This document shows positions 49,101 to 59,908 of a DNA stretch of 64,000 nt, in pieces. Within the stretch, counting starts at the first letter, position 1. Each line of letters begins with the position of its first letter. The stretch is from Klebsormidium nitens. Lineage: Eukaryota > Plantae > Klebsormidiophyceae. The stretch is from contig DF237324.1 of the NCBI GenBank assembly GCA_000708835.1, positions 27,932 to 91,931 on the forward strand. The letters are read 5' to 3'. Under the pieces are notes generated by a model. That model was not told the origin of the DNA and ran no database searches. It saw only the letters and a list, made by a program, of their open reading frames with translations. The translations under genes were made by a program, and so were the position numbers.

Positions 49101-52100
49101 GAGGAGAGGGACTTCGACGCCGCTGTGGATTCCGCTCTGCATAGAATTTGGAGTGCCGGCGTGTTCTGGAGTGCCATTCAGAAACCGGAAACAAAGTCTT
49201 TGCAAACTACTGCCAAGGATTCTTGGAAGCACTTCTGGTTCATTTTGTCAAACTCATATATCCACTTCAGCCCACTTAGCAAGGAAAAGCGCTCGGCGAG
49301 ACGAAGAGAACATCCGACTTTCCGAGTCGTAAATGAAAGCAGATACTTATCAGAGAGTAGTCATGACCACGAACTTTTGTCGAGTTTCCGGACTTGTTGA
49401 GAAGTATTGGCAGTGCTCAGACCATTTCTCCGGCCCCAAGAGAGACCAGTTTAATCATCCTGAGGAGCGAATCCTTCATGTGCATCATTGTGTACGCCGC
49501 ACCTTGTTCCACCGGATCTTGAGCAGCGCGAGCCGCTTGCTCGCGCGCGCGCCCTCCAGGCGCAGCTCCTCCTCGGTGCTGTGCAGCCGGAACGCGCGGC
49601 CCGCGCGCGCGCACGCGTCCTGCGCGCGCAGGAGCTCCAGCACGGGCGCGTTGCGCGGGTCGTTCGGGTCCAGGCCCGTGCGGCGCAGCCAGGCCGCCAG
49701 CTGGAACGGGCTCACCTGGTTTACCAACAAAGGGGTCAGGTTTTACCCCTGATCAACAGAAGGGCAAATCTACCCCCTGTATCAAGAAAAAAGGGGAATT
49801 CTCTCTGCCTAAATCTAAAGAGGAAAGCGGTAAGTTCAGCCCCCTAGTCTACAGAAGTGCGGTTGAGCTTTTCCTCCCTGGTCAGAGAGCTTTAGCTTGA
49901 CCGGGGGGCTGAAGTCTGACGTTCATCCATAGCGGACCGTATGTTCGATGCAAAAGATACGAGGCGGCACCATTCCATTGTCTGCGCTTCCTTGCCCTGT
50001 CGTCAACCTAGAGCACTGGTACATGAAAAGTTGCTCAATCTTCAGCCACACCGATTCGCGCCTGGATTCATGAACGGCATGTCCCTACCCAAACTGGATC
50101 CTCCTCATGCTGTTTGCGCTGCCTGAAAACGTCCCTCTTCCAGCCCAAAATCATCACACGATCCTCAGAACCCTTTCCTACCTGACCGATCCCCCCAATG
50201 GCGCTCCGATGGCGCCCTGGGTCTAAACCCCGGAGGAGCGGCGGCGCGGGCGGCGCGATCGCCGCGCTGCTCTCGAGGTCGCGCTGGTCGCGCGTGTCCA
50301 CCCAGGCCACGCGCGCGTGCAACACGCCGCTGCCGCACAAGAAACAAGCTTCAGTACTTTCCGCATTGAGACCTTCAATTCAGATCCTTGAGAAACCAAC
50401 TAGGATGATGGACTTAGTACGACCGCAAAACTCCATCCAGAAGCAAGGTGGAATGACAGGAGCCTGGACCTGTAGTTCCATGGACGCTGTTACTGAAACT
50501 GGCTGACAAATTCACACGCAACGCTCTGCCACGTGTCCGACGCGAGGGAGTCGGCCGGCATGTTAAATCCTCTGAGTCCACTATGAAAACACTACCGGAT
50601 CCTTCTGACATTGAAAGAGCTTATTCGAAGTGACTTTTAGCTGGGCTTGAAGATTCCGCGACGGAACCTGCCGTCTTTTAGACGCTCGTCCTCGGGCGGC
50701 AGTAGACGGAACATCGTTAAGGCGGATGACTTCGCACCTGGGATAGTGTACCCTGTACCCAACAGCGCCGTTCGCCGCCGTATGGATCGTTCCGTTCGGA
50801 ACCGTTCCGTTGTGTGGCCACAGGGGCGAGAACGGAACCGATCCCGTGAACTGGTATTCTTGCAGAGACACCAGCCCGGAGGCCTCGTCAGGAAGGGGCA
50901 CCGCAAGGAAGACCTGCACAGAATCGCAACGATCTTCGCTACTGCCTTTCCTAAAGTCTGTTAATGCTACTTACGACTTCAAAACCCAGAGTCGAAATAA
51001 TATTAGAACCCAGTTGCAGATTCTTGAAAGGCAGGGGAAACGGGACCGGTTTCGATTCGACATCTTCTGACTTGGAGTTACCGTTCAATATCTTTTGGGG
51101 CATGTAGTTGCCAGAAACTCAACTATAAGGCTTTGTGTCCAAGGGTCCGTATAGCCATAAGGGCCGCGAGCAGATTGTGTAAAGTTGCGCCACTGAGACC
51201 ACGAGGCGACGGAAATGGTCCTGATAGCCAAGATGGAAACCAAGCGCTTCCATTGAAAATAAGCAACTAGAACTGCACGGTGGACAATCCATCTGACTTC
51301 CCGAATGTAAACCACAGTGATTCGGACATTCGGGGCAACCACGATTGCAGCTTAGCACAGATTGGGGCCTCGTCAGTATTCGCCCCACCTCCGCAATGAG
51401 GGCGTCCCGCAGTCCCCGTTCCCACAGCTGCACCTTCACACTCTCCGGCCAACGCAGCAGCTGCAGTGTGAATACGTCCCGGAAGTCCAGGCTGAAGTCC
51501 TGCCGCAGCGCGCAGTCGACCGCCTGGCCGACCGCGTGACCGTTCACGATAAGCCTCGCGTAAACCCTGCAGCGGCCGACCGCGCGCCGGCGCGCGACCT
51601 CGGGTTTGGGGACGTTCGTCTCGTCGCGCGGGAGGCCGGCGACTAGGAGCGGGGTGAGGATCGGGTCGCCAGGTTGGCGGTAGTGGGAACTGGGGGGCGA
51701 ATAGAGGGGTTCGGATTGTAATGTTGCTTGTAGGGATAATGGTCGAATAATTCTGGAACGTGTCGGAGCTCTGGCCAAGATCCAGTACACCGCACAAGCG
51801 GCCGCTAATGATAGGATAGGCAGAGGGGCATTGCGGAGAAAGGTGTGGCCAGGATGACTGAAATCGACCGATGCTCTTGGAGAAGACAGGGGCCAAAATT
51901 GACGTCACTTTCACCGCTTTCTAATGTCCCCAGCCATACTTCGAGGCAAGAAAATCGCAGCAAATGTTGTACCATGTCGAAGCAACCCCAGGTCACCTCA
52001 CATCTAGAGCAAATGAGAGTTGAAGGAGCAAATATATAACTGGAGGCTCTTCAGTTCTCAGGGGCACGATAAGACGCTTTTGAGCCCTGGCATGCGTTTT

Positions 52101-55100
52101 CTATTTTAGCTTGAACAGAGAGATCACCTGCTGCCCGGTCATTACGACTAGAATTCATGGTGAGCATCGACTTGCAGATGGCGAAAGCCGGTTGCACTCA
52201 ATTGAAGCAGTCCCCGGATTGTCTCACCTCCTCAGCTCCTTTATTGCCCGCTTCTTCGCCCTCCTCTCGTCGAACGGCTTCCCTTCGGGAGGCACCATCG
52301 CTTCCAGCTCCCTCCGACTCTCCTCCACGCGCGCGCGCGTGCGCACCTCTTCCTCCGTCTCCTGCTCCTCCCCGACCTCCTCCTCTCGCCCTAAACCCTC
52401 CCCAAAACCCCGCATGCGCTCGCGCGCCTCGTCGCGCAGCCGCCGCCGCGCCTCGCGCGCTTCCGTTGCGCTCTGCTCCTCCTGCGCGAGCTTTTGCGCG
52501 GCCTTCGCGCGCGCCTCCGCCCACGCCGCGCGGTCGCGTGCCGCTGCGGCGGCGTGGGCGGCCGCGGCTTCGTCCACGAGCAGCCGCAGGTCCTGCTCGT
52601 AGCGCACGGCGTCGCGCTCGGGGTTTGGCTCTTCCTTCTTGACGACGAGCTGGATAACGGTGGTCCTGTTTAGGAAAGGATAATGATCAAGAATTCAGCC
52701 TTAGCTTGGAAAGTAGGAGTCGGCGTGTTTGCGTCATCGCCGATGGTGCGACCTAATGTGTTCGTTTCCAAAGCCGTTGCGAGATCTCCAGAAATTTGTT
52801 TGTAGGTAGGAAGCGAAGCGACGGAGGGTCACTGATTTCTCGTCACCTTATGGCACAGTAAAGCCTCCTAGACTTGACAATATAGCATCAGTATGTTTTT
52901 TGAAGAAGGAAAGAAATCAGCGCGGTTTGTATTTCACTTTTCACTCAGTCTTCAAGTTTTCATCTTCGTTTGCAATCCATGTCGGATTAGGAACCGAGAT
53001 GTACGAATTGCAACTTTCATTGTTTCAAGCATTACAGCTCCGGCTCTATCTGTGAGGAGCCACCAAGATCAACCCGATTCGTCAACTGTCTTGCCATATT
53101 AGCACCTCTGCCCAACACAACCAGACAACCACTTTCGTTCCTGTCAGAGCCCAGGGTTGAAGGACATCGACTTCCGTCGCCGGTCTTGGCTATCAACCAC
53201 TATCAAACAGCATTTGTTTGGCCGTCGAAGACGCGTTATGACCAAGGTGAGTTCAGGTTTTGATCTGCACCTTTCACCGTCAATCGAAGTGGTGATAGCC
53301 AAAGCGAGGTCAGGTTTCGGCGACCGGAGGCCATGTTCTCCATCCTGGGCTCCGTCAATACTGTCGTTTCACCGAAACCTGGTTGTACGGTACTCGGATT
53401 AAAACCTCCTATCTGGTTTGACACCGTTGGATTTCCAGACTTAACACTAGACCCGAGAACGGAAAGCTCACCTGAAACCCTGCCGCTGCCGCGCCTCCTC
53501 CACCTCCCGGTACACGTCCCGCATGCGCGCCACCAGCTCGCGCATCAGCCGCTCCTCCCCGTCCCGCAGCTCGCGCGCCTCGCGCAGCTCCGCGCGCATC
53601 TCCGCCAAACGGGCGTCCGGCCCCTCCGGATCCGCTGACGTCAGCCCGTTCTGCGCCACGTCAGCAGCCTCCAATCCCTCGTTCTTCCCACTCCCCAGCC
53701 TTTTGATGGTCATTGGCGCCCCCCCAGAATGACCATCCAGCGTAGCGGGCATTCTTGCGGTCGCCCCCCCCTCGCCGACCGGCCGTTTCGACCCCCCCCT
53801 CGCGGCATCCACGCTCGCCTGGAGCGCCTTCACCTTGTCCTCGTAGAACCCCGTTAATCCCGCCCGTTCCCGTTTCTTGTACTCCCGAAACGCTGCGAGC
53901 AATTGGCCGGCCAGAATGTCTTCCCGGCTCGCGAGAGGGTGCTCCAGAAACTCCAGCCGACCGAGTTCGATGTCGAGGCGGTAAAGCGCGCGGCGGCCCC
54001 CCGTGAAGAAGCGACGGCTGGGCACGTGCCGGAAGTACTGGAGATACGGCGCGTCAGGGTTGTACCTGTATACAGGAATTGCATAACATTACTCCAAGTG
54101 CACAGTTTAAGCTAATACGTGTATTAGTCTGACCGTGTAGTAGGAAGACCTTCTAGCGTCTGCTTCATCCGTTTGCGACTTGTGAACCGCAGACCTTGGA
54201 GCACTCTTACCGCGCTTGCATGGAGGGAAACGGACGTGCTATTTCCATAAAAGTTCAACCTCTTCCCCGGTCGTCCCATGCCCCCTCCTTGTTTGGAGAA
54301 CTTTTCACTACCAGGAAGTTTCCTCAAAGAAAAACTTTCAACCGCGGCTTTAAGACCGTTCTGTTTTCACCCCAGTCAAAGGCTCTGAAAAAGAAAGACA
54401 CTGCAGGCGCTGGAATACTCTGACAGAGACCAGACGTCGAGAGTTGCGGATCCAAAGGTAAACTCTCGTAGGAGTGTTCAACTTAGCGTGGGTATGAGAC
54501 GTCTAGAGCCAGCTCTGAACAAATGGCGTCGTTTGCGGCAAACTACTAACCCACTTATCCGTCAGCCATAACAACGGTCGTTTTCGCACAAAGCAACGAA
54601 CACATTGCGAAGGCCCACTCGGATAGCAACACCGGACAACCCCACTACGAGTCTCCTCTCACCGTTTTGCCAGTCGGTTCATCTCCTTCGCAAGGGGATC
54701 CCCTAAGCACCGCATCTGGTTCACGTCCCCATCCACAAACCATCTCTGCAGAGGGCCCCGCACTCGACATTCGTGCACCAAACGGTTCACCATACGCATA
54801 TTGTTCCTCGTTCTAGTTCTCGGCCTCTGAACAATAAACAGCCCGTCATCCTGCGGGAGATACGCTGGCTCCGCTGATGCGGCCACCGTCAGCCAGGGGG
54901 GAAAGACGATGAGTGTGCTCGAGTCTGCGGCGTCCCCCCAGAGCGAGAGCGCGCTCGAGGGGGGGCACGATCGCACGAGTGTGCAGGAGGGGCTGCCTGA
55001 GAGGGTCTGGCCGAAAAGAGTGACGTCACCGGGCGCCGAGAGCTCGCCGGCGTTGGGCGGTGGGAGGCTTCTAACGATCTCCTCTATCTCAGGATGTTGT

Positions 55101-56377
55101 TCTTGCGTCCGAAGCTGTGCCACGTCAGCATTGTGTGGCGGTTCCGAAAACGCCCCCAGGGCGCGTTCAAAGGCGGACAGTGCGTTCCCCTCCCCATACT
55201 CGTCGCTTCCATCCTCGTCGTTTGGAGTCCAGCCGCCTTGGTCCCCAAAACCAGATCTCTTATTGCTTCCCAAAGCAGACTCCGATTTACCCTCCCGCCT
55301 GCGACGCTCTCTCCTTGTCGAGCCACCACTGTCAGTGAACGGGTCATTACCTCTTCTTGCTTCTAAGAAAGAGTCTGGCTTTTGCGAAGTTTCTGAAAAG
55401 GAGTCGTGCCAGCTTGAGCCAGGGCCCTGTGTGAGCGAATCCTGCCTTTGTGCATTCCCTAGCGGTGAGCCGCGCCGTGCCGAAACGGGGCCCTCGGAAA
55501 AGGACCCATCGCGCCCGCTGCTTATGCCAAGCTTTTCCCTCCTCCTCCGCTCGCTCTCCCCAAGCGTCTTTTCTGTTGTCCGCCTCTTGTTTGTCGCAGC
55601 ACCCTCCCCGTCGGAAGCTTGGCGTGTGTCCGCTTGAGCTCCTTGCAGCCAACCGCTGCTTTTACCGCTGGCGCTTGGCTCTGTCGCTGTAACATCCTCC
55701 CTCCTTACCCTTTCTATCGGCTCATCAATTTGCCGCTCCTCTTTTCTTGAAGACTCGCTTGCATGGTCCGAAGGACGGCCAAGAAGAGCTCCTACAGAGC
55801 CCCCAGCATTTACTTTGCGCTCAGAGTCCCTATTACCACCCTCGTTTCGACTTTTACCACTCTCTTTTGTTCTCCCACTGCTTTCCTTAGCCAGACTTTT
55901 ACTCCTTCCAGACTCCTCTCTTCGTCTTTCGGACTTTCCTCCCTCCCTATCTCTGTGGTGCTTCTTCTTTCGCTTTTCTTCTTGTTCCTCCCCCTTCGGC
56001 TGACGGGCACCACTTTCCTGCCCAGGGGGCCCAGTGCTCCTTGCCGGAATAGCCGAGCTGCCCCCCTCTCTCGGAGCTGTTTCGAGCTCACCTGCCCCAC
56101 TCCCCCCCCCTGCCCCATCCCTTCTCGGAACCCCCTTGAAACCATCCACTCTTCCAACCCTACCTGACCCCCCAACCCGAGCTTCGCTAGCCTTCCGTGC
56201 TCTCGGTGTGCCCTCCCCCCCATTTCTGCTGTTGGACCTTTTCAGCCGCTCCCTGATGCGGTCTCTAGCGGTAAGAGTTACCGCGCTTTCCCGTTCAGCA
56301 CCGGCCGTGCTGCTTAGGGAGCTGCTCCTGCGTCGCTGCTCGAAGAGCTCCTCCTCTTCGGCGGGAAGGACCGCCAT
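40184..56377 (-). CDS. CC2D2A: Coiled-coil and C2 domain protein 2A (MKS6), ciliary transition-zone protein, 20 exons
   Basis: Exons 56377-54663, 54065-53472, 52665-52228, 51689-51389, 50913-50738, 50329-50182, 49715-49503, 49136-48882, 48518-48247, 47992-47905, 47608-47486, 46963-46839, 46278-46119, 45207-45100, 43949-43755, 43196-42930, 42464-42312, 41698-41574, 41299-40991, 40256-40184, phases consistent. Family motifs [63 protein letters not shown]. Confidence 0.93.
43900..44560 (-). repeat. Array of 4-5 diverged copies of (acceptor + CC2D2A exon-15 5' end)
   Basis: Real exon starts at 43949. Copies start at 44062, 44179 and 44311 (AG retained) and ~44418 (AG lost); a fragment lies near 44535-44550. 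Confidence 0.88.
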
Positions 56378-56386
56378 TGTAGCTCT

Positions 56387-56394
56387 TAGGGTTT
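56387..56394 (-). promoter_or_regulatory. Telo-box (AAACCCTA) 10 bp upstream of the CC2D2A start codon
   Basis: tagggttt on the + strand is an exact plant telo-box. Function is inferred from established plant promoter/5'UTR knowledge. Confidence 0.45.
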
Positions 56395-57523
56395 CATTGT
56401 ATATGCATTTATTCCACTTCTGCTACCTAGCTAGCTGAATATCTGTTGGCGGACCAGGATCCGCATACTGTGCGGCGTTCCCCACTCCGGCATTCGTGCA
56501 TGGTGCCTTATTGAGTTTAGCTCGAGCTGGTAGAGCTAAAAGCTCTGAATCTACCTCAGTATATTGTGTCTGCAAAAGTTGGTGCAGAAGTGGCAAGCAG
56601 CTCACGGTGAGCTACCACACTCGAGCTGAGTTTGATGCTTTACCGGAACTTAGTCTTCCAAAATCTGTAAAACTGCTGCTAACGACGCGACGTCCATTGA
56701 ATACTGCTCGATACAAACACTCAAGCAAAGAACTTACTAAGCTATGACGCGCCTAATGATTTATTCAGAGCTTGCTTTTGGAAGTGAAGTGCCTGGAGTG
56801 CATTGAGCTTTGCAACGAGGTGTCACGAGGAGCATCGCAAATTGCAGATAAACGGTAGGTGCAAAATAATATTTACATATGTAGTGTACCTGTTGTACTT
56901 AGTTGGCGCAGAGCTGTATTCTTGTAATACATTTTGTGCACAGCTGCTTCACTCGACACATTGGTGTTCTGGGGGATCGGATCCAAACCCGTCAATGCGG
57001 CTGAAAGCGCGTCGGCGCTCCTCGCCCTCTTTGGCTACAAGAGCCGTACGATCATCTTAAAATCGGAGGCAAGCTCCTTAGCTTGCCAAGTGGCAGAATG
57101 CTGTGAGTTGGCACTCAATGGCAAAATCATGGGACACGCGTCGTCGAGACGTCTCGCCTAGTGGACACGTTCTCGGATCTCAGGCTAGCTCCACTGGCAC
57201 AGGGAGATACTTTCACGGAGTTTTCCTTCTGTTCCTGAATCTTGAAGTCGTACTTTAACAGCAAACGCGAGCACTGGCTTCTGCGATTGAAGGTGATCGC
57301 TACTTGTGTAGCTGCTGGAATGTGAGCTTCTAGTAGCTGAGAGCTAAATCAGCTGTATTCATATTTCGTTGCGGCAATCGGTCTACAGATCCAGCTTCTG
57401 TAAATCTTCCGTAAAGAAAGAATCCTTGTGCACGAAAAGAAACTTTCTCACAGCAGCCAAGAGAACCACCGCAGCTGCCTTTTGAAAGTACCAGCATCAC
57501 TTGCCGAAGATTGTTCTGACACA

Positions 57524-58334
57524 ATGGACCACCTCAGACAGTACAACAATGACGCCGCCGTCCTGAACCACAACGTGCATATGGCGACTCATCCAGGGGA
57601 TGCGGCCCGGTACAAGATGCGGAGCAAGAACCCTCTCAACAGGTGGAGGTGGCAGTTCAACAACAGGAAACACGCAATGCAGCACCCCGTTCAACATCAG
57701 CAAAACAAGGCCAAATGGAGAATGAACCGGTAGGTTCTTCCTTCTGATTCAAGCTTTATACAGAGAATCTGTGCGCTCTGCATGCATAGGGTCTCCTCGC
57801 ATCATCGGTTGCTCATTTCTGAATCAAGTACTGTTGATGAATGACCAGCTGCTACACACCAGCTCATTATGGATGGTTGCAATGGCCGGCTGCTAGTTGC
57901 AATTGCAGGCCTGCAGGCCACTTGGCAAACTTCTTTTGAGATCGGATCCCTGCCAGCACAGAGATTGGTGTTCTTGGCGGCCCTCAGAACAGTGAGAGAG
58001 AGAGAGAGGAGTAGAGAGACGAGTTCATTGAGAAATGTAGCCAGTTGATTTTCAAACTGGGCCTTGAGACCTGAAGCATTGGGTGAATGAGCTTCTACAT
58101 GCACTATCTCAGAGCACAGGGATTCTTGCTGAAAATGTCCTTTTAAGTCAGCATCAGAGATAGATAAGGCCAAACATGGCCTTGATAAAGCAAGCCGCTG
58201 ATGGGTCTGACTGGACACAACAATCATACCTGACAGCCATTATCTCCTTCTTGCGCAGCATGAACCCGTTGTACTACATGAAGAGCATCAAGCGGAATCT
58301 GGTCAGCGCATTCACTTGTGGCAGGCACGCATAG
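57524..58334 (+). CDS. Orphan small basic protein, 93 aa, with an internal duplication
   Basis: Exons 57524-57729 (gtagg donor) and 58259-58334 (ttgcgcag acceptor) join in phase 2 to give ..KWRMNRMNPLYYMKSIKRNLVSAFTCGRHA*. The start context is acaATGG. An upstream N-terminal extension is possible. Confidence 0.55.
57994..58008. repeat. (GA)7 microsatellite
   Basis: gagagagagagagag in the intron of the orphan gene. Confidence 0.8.
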
Positions 58335-59908
58335 TTGGGGAAGTGGCTGGGAAGAAATGTTGTACACATGTATCTGAGACGGCTTTAGTCTCTGAGATTA
58401 ACACTTTAATAGCGCCCTCTGAGCGCTGTTTGATGGGCTTGAATCTAGCAAGGAGAACTCGAAACCGTTCACGCTAGCTGCACGAGAATGGAGAATGTTG
58501 GGTCTGGGGCAAACTGACTGAAAGCCGAGGTACTAGAGGCAGATCGTGGGTGTTCAGATGGTGGGTTACTGAGCTTTGTTTATGTGAAAGTAAGTGGCAG
58601 AAATAGTCGGAAGACTAGATGCCATGTACGGTTCAGAAGTGTTCTGGACAGTGTGGATCAAAGATTGGATTATATTTCAAGATACATAGGATTGGAACTG
58701 AAGATACGAACCATTCTGACAAACTCAATATATGCACGCGCTTGCTGTTTATAATTATACGTTACCCAAGCGACACGACTGAAGAATTACACCGCCATGA
58801 TGCACACAAGTAAATGATTATGTAACACGTCACAGTTTTGCACGTTGGTGCATTCATTTCACAAAATACGCCACAAATGATTTAGAAACATTGTATAGAC
58901 ACTGCACTTCCAAAACTAGTCGAACGAGATTAAGAAAAGGCTGAACCGGATCAAAACTAATGATGGCAACATAAGCAGCATGCATGCCAACCTGAATGAT
59001 ATCGTGCACTCTGTGCAAGTCAAACTCAGACTGATTAAACCGCAATTTAGTCATGCATTCATGAATGATCCAAATGCATCAGATCATGTGCACAACTACA
59101 GTTGGCATGGTGATCTGCCACCATCGAACCGTCCTCTAAGTGCACGGCGGCATGGGCACGTTTTACACATCAACCATACGTACAATGACAAATTATATTT
59201 CGGATGAGTCGCCATGCCTCTGAAGGAACTATTAGTGTCCAAAAACACGGTGTCAGTTCCTGCAACTGATGCATTAAATGGCCGCCCGTACTACAAATGC
59301 TCGAGCGCGGCCCAAATACGTAGTCGAAAATATTATGATGAACCGGTCCGTGTCATGCAAATTCGTTTGAATACAAGAAAGCTAGGTGATGACAAGCAAA
59401 GATTGAACAGTATTAAAGGTATATAACCGGCATGCGAGGTAACAATTTGCCATGGCATAAATCAATAAATATGCGTGTCTCACGAGTGTGCAATGCGTGG
59501 CCGCCCATGTGCTGATGCGCGAATACCGGCACATTCGGCAGGCTTTACGTGCACGCTTCCACTGTGCTTGACTTCAAGTCATAGGGATATCCTGATTGAT
59601 ATAACCCGAGGGGTAAGGCAGAACTGTCGACCGCACTGCACAGGCCTGACACAGGCCAACTTGGTACGTGATCGACTTGAAATGTTATCCATCAATCTGG
59701 ACGAATTGCTGTAAGGACGGTCGGAACACGTTCGATTACGGCCCTTTTCGGTACCCCTAAACTTTGACGACGTCTGTACAACTGTTAGCATGTACCTAGA
59801 TCAATGTGACCGTCCTATTCCTGACCTTTACCTTGCACTGAAGCTTGCACCAGCTTACAAGCACTCCGCATAAAACCGGGCTCCTTCCATTAACTAAGAG
59901 CGCCTACA

